A stretch of DNA of 16,688 nucleotides from Methanocella sp. (lineage in GTDB: Archaea; Thermoproteota; Bathyarchaeia; Bathyarchaeales; Bathycorpusculaceae), in NCBI GenBank assembly GCA_050261115.1, contig JBLNCY010000014.1, positions 1 to 16,688 on the forward strand, in the 5' to 3' direction. The translations under genes were made by a program, and so were the position numbers. Under the pieces are notes generated by a model, which saw only the letters and a program-made list of their open reading frames with translations, did not search any database and was not told the origin of the DNA. Shown here piece after piece: positions 1 through 7,540 of this stretch. Numbering within the stretch: position 1 is the stretch's first letter; each line of letters starts with the position of its first letter.

Positions 1-312
1 CATATTGTTGAGGCAGTTAGGAGGAAAGTCAGGATAAGAATAATTACCGATAAGCCACCTAATTGTCAACTACCAAATTGGGTCGTTACAACTCAGCAGA
101 AATATGATAATTTCCAATTGAAAATACTTCTCACAACGCCAACAGTGATAGCAACCATTTTTGACCATAAAAACATCGCATTAGCTTATACCCCGAACAG
201 TCGTCTAACCAAAGGACCCGACCTTTGGTCAAACCACCCTGCATTCCTCGCGGCATATCAAGCTTATTTTGACATGATATGGGAAAAAATGGAAGAAATA
301 TCCACGGCGTGA
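1..312 (+). CDS. TrmB-family transcriptional regulator, C-terminal effector domain (5'-truncated by window edge)
   Basis: Frame 1 is open from base 1: HIVEAVRRKVRIRIITDKP...IATIFDHKNI...LWSNHPAFLAAYQAYFDMIWEK*. This matches the TrmB C-terminal pattern and resembles the ORF at 5902-6261 (KMRIII...VHDRKE...YSNSPILVRLATNYFEQAW). Confidence 0.8.
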   Translation, partial: HIVEAVRRKVRIRIITDKPPNCQLPNWVVTTQQKYDNFQLKILLTTPTVIATIFDHKNIALAYTPNSRLTKGPDLWSNHPAFLAAYQAYFDMIWEKMEEISTA

Positions 313-550
313 AATCTTAGCTGATTGGGCTCTATGCGTAGAACCAAATAGGGATAGTTTTAAGGATAATTTGAGCTTTCCTTGAGGTATCAAGCTTACC
401 GCTTCCCCCAGAGCCGGCTACATAAAATAGCGCTATCAATCAGTCACCTTATAAGGAATTAACATATAGTCAACGTTGAAGCTAAAGATTGGGAATAGCT
501 AGTGCAAAAAAGGAGTCCAATAAAGACAGAGATATGGGCTGAATAACAAG

Positions 551-901
551 GTGACTAGAAACCCTAAATATGAAAATATGCTCAAGCGAGAGAAAACAAC
601 AGTCAGTTATATGATAAGTATCTACTGTAAAGACCACCATAAGACAGTAAGCGAACTGTGTCCCGATTGCAGACAAGTCCACGAACTTGTTGTTTTACAT
701 CTTACAAAGTGCCCTTTCCAAGAACGCAAATCCGCATGCGGTCGATGCGGCTTGAGATGTTATTCTGCACCGTCAAAAACAAAAGTAGAGGCCATTATGA
801 GTTATGCCGGCCCAAGAATGGCTCTACACCATCCAAAACTTGCGTTGCACCATCTATGGGATGCACGAAGAGCGCCAGGCAAATTAGAAGCCAAAGAATA
901 A
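551..901 (+). CDS. YgbA / nitrous oxide-stimulated promoter family Cys-rich protein
   Basis: REKTTVSYMISIYCKDHH, LCPDC, KCPFQERKSACGRCGLRCY and MSYAGPRMALHHP match the YgbA_NO family pattern. Start is GTG 551 or ATG 578. Confidence 0.85.
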   Translation: MTRNPKYENMLKREKTTVSYMISIYCKDHHKTVSELCPDCRQVHELVVLHLTKCPFQERKSACGRCGLRCYSAPSKTKVEAIMSYAGPRMALHHPKLALHHLWDARRAPGKLEAKE

Positions 902-919
902 CAAAAGAGAGTATCACCA

Positions 920-1870
920 GTGCACCAAATCAATAAAGCTCAATTCAACTTACCAACCAGACTAAAAGTAGCCATCTTAATCATAGCCACCGCCTTTTTG
1001 GCCTACAGTATATACTGGCTAGTCAACGGCATAATTTGGGGATACACACTAACATACCAGCTTCTTAACGTCGCTCAAGCCCCCTTTTTTGCCCAAATGG
1101 GAACCGCAGAGTTAACGGCACTAGTAATTCAAGAGTACTGCTCTGTCACTAACAGCTTTGTACTCATATTCTGTGGAGCCTTCGCTTTCCAAAGCGCCGT
1201 TTACTACGTAAGAAATAACGAGAATTATCTCCGCAAACTTGGATGGGCGTTGATCCTTTTGGCGATCTTCTCTCTACTGCTCATACCGGCTAGTATACAC
1301 CACCTTCTTGGTGTTGCCTTAGGCTGGCACATGGTGGATATCTTGGTCGGATTATCCTATCTGGTTCAAGCACTTCTAATTCTGCCGCCATTACTAGTTT
1401 TAGGCCAAAAACTGAACACACCCCAAAACATGGCTTCAATCAAGAAGTGGGCACTCATCGCCGCACCAACCTTCGTTTTCGCACTATACTTCAAGTATCT
1501 ATTCCTTTGGGCAGATACGCTCCTACCAATGGGTCCAAAAACAGCAACGGCCGCCTCCACAGTGGGCGCACTCAATTCTATGGTGACGTTAGCTATTGCA
1601 GGTGCAATTACCATAGCGGCATGCTACGCCCTACATAAACGCAAAAACACCGGAAAAAATTTGGCGGCAGTAGCGCTAATTCTGGTTGGCGGTTTCTTCA
1701 TCATATACTCGTTGGTCGCGCTCTTTGTACCCGTCTACGCCTGGTTCTGGTACCTAACCGACACATGGATGCTAACATTACCAATACTTGGAATAGCACT
1801 CCTAACACAACCTTACCAGCAAAAGAGGGATGAGAAACCAATTCTCCGCATGCCATCAAACAAATTTTAG
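920..1870 (+). CDS. Hypothetical polytopic membrane protein (~8 TM helices)
   Basis: 316-aa ORF with about eight hydrophobic segments, 18 bp downstream of the ygbA-like gene. No recognisable family motif. Confidence 0.75.
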   Translation: MHQINKAQFNLPTRLKVAILIIATAFLAYSIYWLVNGIIWGYTLTYQLLNVAQAPFFAQMGTAELTALVIQEYCSVTNSFVLIFCGAFAFQSAVYYVRNNENYLRKLGWALILLAIFSLLLIPASIHHLLGVALGWHMVDILVGLSYLVQALLILPPLLVLGQKLNTPQNMASIKKWALIAAPTFVFALYFKYLFLWADTLLPMGPKTATAASTVGALNSMVTLAIAGAITIAACYALHKRKNTGKNLAAVALILVGGFFIIYSLVALFVPVYAWFWYLTDTWMLTLPILGIALLTQPYQQKRDEKPILRMPSNKF

Positions 1871-2181
1871 ATTACATCAACCTCTTTTATGGTCACTAAA
1901 CCATTATCATCGACGATTTGCTTTATTCCTTCAAGAAGAGGTTCAAGTTTCGCCTGTTCATCGATCACTTCAATCATTAGCGGCATGTTAATAGTCACGC
2001 CTTCCAGCTTTAGCGTCGATTTACCACGTTTGCCAAACCCATCAACACCGGTCCAAACCGTGGCGCCACTCACATGAGACTTAACCAGAAAATCAAGCAA
2101 CAGCCGCTCAACCCGTTTACCCCCCACTTCATCGTTCCTTTTAATCCTGATAATCAATTGCCACATTCTCTGCCTCATCAA
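1867..2181 (-). CDS. DUF190 (PII-like) protein
   Basis: SGATVWTGVDGFG and NMPLMIEVID...GLVT motifs. Overlaps the crcB stop (ATGA); crcB-DUF190 pairing is common. Confidence 0.88.
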   Translation of the reverse strand: MMRQRMWQLIIRIKRNDEVGGKRVERLLLDFLVKSHVSGATVWTGVDGFGKRGKSTLKLEGVTINMPLMIEVIDEQAKLEPLLEGIKQIVDDNGLVTIKEVDVI

Positions 2182-2564
2182 ATCACCTTCGATATTATCG
2201 CTTCACCAACTACTTTCCCAGAAATAACCGCAACTAAAGATAAGCCTACGTTAGCAATTATGTTTAGTGCTACTAGAAGTAAGCGGTTGCTATCCAGGAG
2301 GTTGCTGGTTTCAAGTGCAAAGCTCGACATGGTTGTGAAAGCCCCACAGAAGCCTGTACCAACAAACAAAGTATAGTTTGCACTAAGGTTTAGCGCCAAA
2401 GCCACTACTGAAAAAAGACCAATTATGAAACTCCCAAGGACATTGATAGCTAAAACGTTGAGGGGCAATCCGCCGATACTCTGAGGAGAAGAAACAATCA
2501 CATAACGTAGAAAAGCGCCAAGTATTGCACCAACCGCTAACAGCGCAAATTCAATCATTTTCAT
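2178..2564 (-). CDS. crcB: Fluoride efflux channel Fluc/CrcB
   Basis: 128 aa, 4 TM helices. Motifs GAILGAFLRY, NVLGSFIIG and GTGFCGAFTTMSSFALE. Preceded by a fluoride riboswitch. Confidence 0.96.
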   Translation of the reverse strand: MKMIEFALLAVGAILGAFLRYVIVSSPQSIGGLPLNVLAINVLGSFIIGLFSVVALALNLSANYTLFVGTGFCGAFTTMSSFALETSNLLDSNRLLLVALNIIANVGLSLVAVISGKVVGEAIISKVI

Positions 2565-2567
2565 ATT

Positions 2568-2593
2568 TGCCTACCTTACAGTCTTGGTAGGCA
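2568..2593 (-). promoter_or_regulatory. Riboswitch expression platform: 8-bp hairpin sequestering the crcB ribosome-binding region
   Basis: UGCCUACC-AAGACUGUAA-GGUAGGCA ends 3 nt before the AUG at 2564. Its 5' arm overlaps the pseudoknot strand. Confidence 0.75.
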
Positions 2594-2650
2594 TTATCAG
2601 CACCAACTTGGATGCGGTTTTGATTTACATCAGGGCTAATGCCATAGCCT
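2587..2650 (-). ncRNA. Fluoride riboswitch (crcB motif)
   Basis: Minus strand reads GGCUAUGGCAUUAGCC...AAACCGCAUCCAAGUUGGUGCUGAUAAUGCCUAC. P1 is GGCUA/UAGCC, the second stem is GCAUC/GGUGC, and the pseudoknot is GGCAU(U)/(A)AUGCC. It lies directly upstream of crcB. Confidence 0.93.
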
Positions 2651-2676
2651 GTTGCCACTCATAAGTTAGAAGTCAC

Positions 2677-2688
2677 TAATAATATTTG
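2677..2688 (-). promoter_or_regulatory. Putative BRE/TATA box for the riboswitch-crcB transcript
   Basis: Minus strand CAAATATTATTA lies about 27 nt upstream of the riboswitch 5' end, which is archaeal spacing. Confidence 0.5.
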
Positions 2689-2804
2689 CCAAAGCAAATA
2701 GCGATTTCAAGCCCTACCCCCAAAAAAAATTGACCCAAAAGTTCAAACCGAAAGGAAGAGTTTCTTCCGCACTTGAGCCCACTAAGACCCTGTCTATTGT
2801 GTAC

Positions 2805-2818
2805 AAAAAAGGGAAGGG
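2805..2818 (-). terminator. Putative archaeal pyrimidine/U-tract terminator of the beta-propeller gene
   Basis: Minus strand CCCTTCCCTTTTTT about 25 nt after the stop codon. Further downstream are a GGAAGA-AAC-TCTTCC-TTT hairpin (2751-2768) and a T8 tract near 2722-2729. Confidence 0.5.
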
Positions 2819-2842
2819 CTGACGATTTTTCATCTATTGCCC

Positions 2843-5350
2843 TTATGGTTTTTTCTTCAGGACTAATGCAACCATTGCAATGCAAATTATGACTGCAACG
2901 AAGAGTGCAGCGATTGCCGGTAGGAAGTATTGGTCAGCCATCGAGGGTATAGCGGTTGGCAGTGGTGTGGGTGTTGAAGCTGGTTCATCAACCGCAAATG
3001 CTGCTGTATCTTGCGAACCATAGTATGATTCTGTACCACGAAATACGGCATAAACATTGTATTTGCCTGATATGTCGGGTGTCCATTGATAGCTATAGAA
3101 GCCGTTAGTGTCTGTAGTTGTTGTGCCTATGCTGCGGTAGTTACCATTGGAATCAAGTACAAAGAGCTCAACAGTTACACCTGTAGCGTTGGTGGGTTTT
3201 GCCTGCTGCATGTAGACGTATTCCATCCATGCGCTCTGGCTCTCGTCTGAAACTGCTGGGACACCGTTGGGGAAGCGTGCGCTTCTGTCGCTGTCAGTTG
3301 CTCCTGCGGCAATATCCAGCACTGTACCCGAAATTACTAAGCTTTGTCCTAATTGTATAGCTGTACTAGGTGCGTCTACAGTGGTTTTTGATGTGCCTTT
3401 GCCGAAAGCGTAGATTTGGTTGTCGTAGCCTGCATAGCATATTACTTCGCCGCCTGCAATTGCGACACTCTCAGGTGAAAAGAATCCGGGCATCTCCCAA
3501 ATTTCTTCGCCTGTAGTGAAGTTAATGCAGTAGAGGTTGTATCCGCGGAATAGTGGCGTACCGGGTGAATGTTGAGTTACACCCCAGTAGAGTTTTCCAT
3601 CTGCTACAGTGCCGCTTCCACCAAAAGTGGGCCAGGTGCCGAAAGGCGTTTGAAGTCCTGCATTGGGCTGCATAAAAGTCCATTCATGTTCACCAGTGTT
3701 TACATTGAAAGCAACGACTGCACCGGAGTAACCTGCAGTTAGTAAGAGTCCATTGGTTATTTGTACTGCCCAGTCATAGTAGGAGTAGTCAGTTCCTGTG
3801 TATTGATATAAGGGTTCAGAGACCCAAGCTTCAGCGCCTGTCTTTATGTTAAAGACATGATATTGCTGAGTTTCTCTTTCAAATACAGTGTAGTGACCGC
3901 TACCTACGGCGCCGCTCCAACCGAACAAGTTGGCTGAACCAGGTCCGCCGTTACCCCAACCCATGTTTGTTCTGTTTTGTCGCCAGAGTAGCTCACCTGT
4001 GGTGGTACTGTATCCATAGTCTATGAATATTGGGTTGCTTGATTGAGGGCCAATGCAGCCTTCTGCTAGTATTACACCGTCAGCATAGTCTATTAGTCTC
4101 ATTGATGGATTGCCGATTGTCTTAGGTATGGTATTGTTCCATTGAATACCGACGGTCCAGTCGCGTATAGCTCTTGCTTGCGGTGAGTATTGCATGGCAC
4201 TAAATTGTGTGGCACTTCCGAAAACCGCTTGGGTGGAGTTCCACATAGCCAGCCATCCGCCTGCGCTATTGTACATGTATATTATTATTTCGCCGTTTGG
4301 ACCAAAATTGGGGTTTAGACTGACTCCAGAGGGTATATTTGTGAAGGTTGTCAAGAGTCTTCCTGTGTATGCATCGTACATTTCCCAGCCTGCTGTGGTA
4401 CTGGCCCAGAGGTAGGCCATTGAACCGCCTTCAACTCCGGTTTGAAGAGTTAGTACTTGGCCGCATGTTAGTAATGGCATAGAATCGTTTTGCCATAGGA
4501 TTTCTCCTGTGCGTATGTCCATGCATTTTATGCCTGTTTTTCCTGTAGCACTTGGCAGGATGTTTGCATATAGGTTGCCACTGATTATAATTGGTTTGAA
4601 TTTATTTTCGTATAGTAAACCGGTATAGTAGTTAACTCCCCAGTCGCCTGCTGAGTAGTTGGCACCACTTATACCGCCAAAAGTCAGTGGTTCGGTCCAG
4701 AGTATATGTGCGCTATTGGGTGCGGTGGTATACGCATTGTAGTATTTGGTGCTGGGGTACAGCCAGCTTCCTGCGATTGTGTACCAATCTTGGTTTTCTG
4801 CGCTTATTGGATATGACCAGTATTCGGTTGGAAGAGGTGTTTGAGGCCAAGCTTCGATGGGGTCCTCTTGTACTATTACTGTTTGAGCGCTGCTTATAGC
4901 TGCGGGGAATGTATAGTTGCCTGCGAGGAAAGTCATTAAACCAGTCATGGTTCTTGGAATTTCTATTTTAGTTTCTGGAAACATTGCTTGGAAGGTATAA
5001 TTGCCTACTACATCAGGAGTGAATGTTGTAAAGTGACCACCAGTGCTTGCACTTTCAAAGGGTCCGAGAGTCTGATTTGTTCCATCGGGTTTAACTACGT
5101 TTACGGTAAAGTTCCAGCCATAGTATTCGCCAGGAATATATTCGGGTGGTGCTACGCTTAGCCATACAACAGCTGTTGTTGTTTGTCCTACACCAACAGG
5201 GTTGGGCGCAACTGTCATGTAAAGTTGTGTTGGAATCGTAGATATTGTGTCTGCCATAGTCGTTGATATTAGGGGAGATGCGACCCCTAAGGTCAGAAGT
5301 ATGATTAAAGCAAATGCCAGAAACGTTTGTTTCTTTATATTTCTAGTCAT
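2843..5350 (-). CDS. Secreted PQQ-binding-like beta-propeller repeat surface protein with Ig-like flanking domains and C-terminal membrane anchor
   Basis: N-terminal signal peptide (KKQTFLAFALIILLTLG). Repeated D/NxxTGExxW blades (DIRTGEILW, DAYTGRLL, STTTGELLW, NIKTGAEAW, NVNTGEHEW, NFTTGEEIW). Pro/Thr linker, then a TM helix and KKKP tail. Confidence 0.9.
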   Translation of the reverse strand: MTRNIKKQTFLAFALIILLTLGVASPLISTTMADTISTIPTQLYMTVAPNPVGVGQTTTAVVWLSVAPPEYIPGEYYGWNFTVNVVKPDGTNQTLGPFESASTGGHFTTFTPDVVGNYTFQAMFPETKIEIPRTMTGLMTFLAGNYTFPAAISSAQTVIVQEDPIEAWPQTPLPTEYWSYPISAENQDWYTIAGSWLYPSTKYYNAYTTAPNSAHILWTEPLTFGGISGANYSAGDWGVNYYTGLLYENKFKPIIISGNLYANILPSATGKTGIKCMDIRTGEILWQNDSMPLLTCGQVLTLQTGVEGGSMAYLWASTTAGWEMYDAYTGRLLTTFTNIPSGVSLNPNFGPNGEIIIYMYNSAGGWLAMWNSTQAVFGSATQFSAMQYSPQARAIRDWTVGIQWNNTIPKTIGNPSMRLIDYADGVILAEGCIGPQSSNPIFIDYGYSTTTGELLWRQNRTNMGWGNGGPGSANLFGWSGAVGSGHYTVFERETQQYHVFNIKTGAEAWVSEPLYQYTGTDYSYYDWAVQITNGLLLTAGYSGAVVAFNVNTGEHEWTFMQPNAGLQTPFGTWPTFGGSGTVADGKLYWGVTQHSPGTPLFRGYNLYCINFTTGEEIWEMPGFFSPESVAIAGGEVICYAGYDNQIYAFGKGTSKTTVDAPSTAIQLGQSLVISGTVLDIAAGATDSDRSARFPNGVPAVSDESQSAWMEYVYMQQAKPTNATGVTVELFVLDSNGNYRSIGTTTTDTNGFYSYQWTPDISGKYNVYAVFRGTESYYGSQDTAAFAVDEPASTPTPLPTAIPSMADQYFLPAIAALFVAVIICIAMVALVLKKKP

Positions 5351-5389
5351 TTTATTCGCCTTTAGTTTGCGATCTACTATATCAGGAAA

Positions 5390-5449
5390 TTCTTGCTATT
5401 AAAAAGATGCAAGAAGGAAGCTTGCTTACCACAAGTCATAAATTTAAAA
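5390..5449. promoter_or_regulatory. Divergent promoter with inverted-repeat operator-like sites
   Basis: Minus-strand TATA TTTTTAATA (5397-5405) is flanked by TTCTTGC (5390-5396) and GCAAGAA (5409-5415). Plus-strand TATA TTTAAAA (5443-5449) ends 22 nt before the TrmB ATG. Confidence 0.55.
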
Positions 5450-5471
5450 CAGGCACAAATAAACAAAATTA

Positions 5472-6261
5472 ATGGAAACAACTGAAGACATTGAGACGTT
5501 AACCGAATTAGGACTAACTAATCTACAAGCTAGAATCTATCTTACCCTTTGCCAAACCGGGCAAACAAACATAAAAAATCTTGCAAAGAATGGGCAAGTA
5601 GCACGACAGGAGGCTAGTCGCGCAACCAAAGAACTGCTAAACTTGGGCTTGGTTACTAAAGTTATTTCTAGACCGACAAACTACGAGCCTCTTCCATTAA
5701 TAGATAGCACTAAAATGCTGCTTGATTTAAGGGTGCAAAAGACCGCTATACTTCGACAAAAAAGGGCACAACTTCTTAAGCGAGTAAAATCCAGACCAGT
5801 TATTTCCTGTGAAACAATGGAGCCCAAATTTCTGTTGATCCCTAGTGGGGAAGGCGGTGTTCATCAGACTTTAAAACTTATGAGCAACGTCAAAAAAAGT
5901 TATGAAGGGCATTTTCTTTTATGAAGCAATAGTACAAATGCCACTTGAAATTGAAGGTTTTTATAATAACTTTTTACTAAATGGCGGGAAGATGCGAATT
6001 ATTATTTGTCAAGTAAGAAATAGGGAATACTTGAAAAAATTTATCCAACGCTTAGAGAATAAGGGCATTTTCGAAGCTAGAAGTACCGGAGAAAGTCTTG
6101 TGGGTCCACTTGCAGTGCATGACAGAAAAGAACTCGTTTGCACAACTAACCTAAAAACGATACCACATAAATCGAACAGTTTTTACTCAAATAGCCCCAT
6201 CCTTGTTAGGCTTGCCACAAATTATTTTGAGCAGGCATGGAATGAATCATATGAGATATGA
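5472..6261 (+). pseudogene. TrmB-family transcriptional regulator split by a +1 frameshift (HTH part 5472-5924; effector part 5902-6261)
   Basis: N-terminal part LTELGLTNLQARIYLTL...ARQEASRATKELLNLGLV...RPTNYEPLP is a TrmB wHTH. The C-terminal part matches the TrmB effector domain. Removing one base near 5892-5909 gives a single 262-aa ORF. Confidence 0.8.
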
Positions 6262-6877
6262 AGAAAAACGTACGCGCTTGTTGGTAAAAAGAAGGGCAAT
6301 AGTTGGTTTTATTTTGATTTTAGTAATTGCTTTCTCTGCTCTAGTCATCGTTTCAGCAAGCAAACGTTTTCTATACTTCGAAGAACTCAACGAAACAACA
6401 ATCCTGCTTGCGAACCAACCCTTCACAAGCATCTACGTCGGTAACTTCACCGATGCCAACAACAACACTATCGCCAGAATTCAGTTAATATTCGAAAACT
6501 TAACCACACAATCTTACTATGAAGCTAAACTAATCATACACCATGCAGAAAACATCGAAGTCGACTCAATGGCCGTCAAGTTAAAGTCACCAGACTTCCT
6601 GAACGTGTACCTCAGATCGGATCCAAGCAATGTACAATACAGCTTTGAACGGAAAATTGGACGGATCATTTTCAAAGTTGAAGATTTCCGTTGGCTCGGT
6701 AAAGTTGATGGCGATGCAGATTTCCATTTTCTTCTTCGTGCCCATCCGGATCCACCCTACGACCTGCAGGTCAGCATCGATTTGCATCTTCATCGGGTAG
6801 CGCCAATTCAATTAGCAGGAATTCATGCGCATAAAGTTGTTGACATGACTTTTCCCATAGGGAAAACTGCTGAGTAG
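6251..6877 (+). CDS. Hypothetical membrane-anchored/secreted protein
   Basis: Basic N-terminus followed by one TM helix (KRRAIVGFILILVIAFSALVIVSA) and a beta-rich soluble domain with NET, NFT, NNT and NLT sequons. Start is uncertain (ATG 6242/6251 or TTG ~6278-6281). Confidence 0.65.
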   Translation: MRYEEKRTRLLVKRRAIVGFILILVIAFSALVIVSASKRFLYFEELNETTILLANQPFTSIYVGNFTDANNNTIARIQLIFENLTTQSYYEAKLIIHHAENIEVDSMAVKLKSPDFLNVYLRSDPSNVQYSFERKIGRIIFKVEDFRWLGKVDGDADFHFLLRAHPDPPYDLQVSIDLHLHRVAPIQLAGIHAHKVVDMTFPIGKTAE

Positions 6878-6964
6878 ACTCGAAACCACTCAGGATAGCA
6901 AAGCAGATCAAAGGGGACTATAGCCGAACAGCGAGCGAAAGTAGCCGGAAAACAAGAATCAATT

Positions 6965-7397
6965 TTATTTTGTTTTCTCCAAATAGCTTTATAGTTTCAG
7001 CCAATTATTATTTTCAAAGCGTTGACCCATAATTTTGAGTAAAGGGATAACTAGCTTGAATATTCCCTGCGGTTTAAGGTTCCATGACCAATGAATTAGG
7101 GTCTGGGAATCAATTGAGGATAATGTTACTATCCCTTGGATGTTCATAGCCTGCTTCTTAGGTTAACTATGTACCTATTGGGCGTTCATAAGAAGTAATC
7201 TCAAGAACCTACTCAGTTGTTTTCCCCATGCCGCTTGTTTGTTTTCGGAATATAGTTCCAAGGCCAACATCCCCTTCTGTAACCTTTTTCGCAAAGCTCA
7301 CACTGTTGTATAGGGGTTCATTGCGAGCATCCACTACAAAATCGAAAACTACCTCGACGGGTTGGTTGATTAAAACTTCACCCGCTAAATCTACCAA
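6965..7397 (-). pseudogene. SRPBCC (START/polyketide cyclase-like) family pseudogene
   Basis: MVDLAGEVLINQPVEVVFDFVVDARNEPLYN...GKTTE*VLEITSYERP, then after frameshift(s) MNIQGIVTL...IHWSWNLKPQGIFKLVIPLLKIMGQRFENNNWLKL*SYLEKTK*. An SD-like GAGGT precedes TTG 7397. Confidence 0.85.
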
Positions 7398-7540
7398 TTA
7401 CATTACCTCAAATATGATTGAGCCTGAATGTCCAAACTATAAAAACGTGTATACGAGGGATTCCCTAAAACGTAAACAAGTTGGGCTCAGAAGGGACACC
7501 AAAGCGCCCTCGAAAGTAAACGACGCTACCTGTTTACCGT

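Noticed and set aside
658-936. Alternative-frame 92-aa ORF, and the other short ORFs nested in or antisense to long genes
   Set aside because: Shadow ORFs of well-supported genes.
2676-2885. 69-aa minus-strand ORF between the propeller gene and the riboswitch
   Set aside because: It runs across terminator-like tracts and the predicted promoter, with no recognisable features.
2843-5350. Calling the propeller protein a PQQ dehydrogenase or BamB
   Set aside because: Only generic blade motifs are visible; no catalytic signatures or outer-membrane context.
7209-7211. In-frame TAG as pyrrolysine/readthrough in the SRPBCC gene
   Set aside because: Additional frameshifts and a TAA lesion downstream indicate pseudogenisation.
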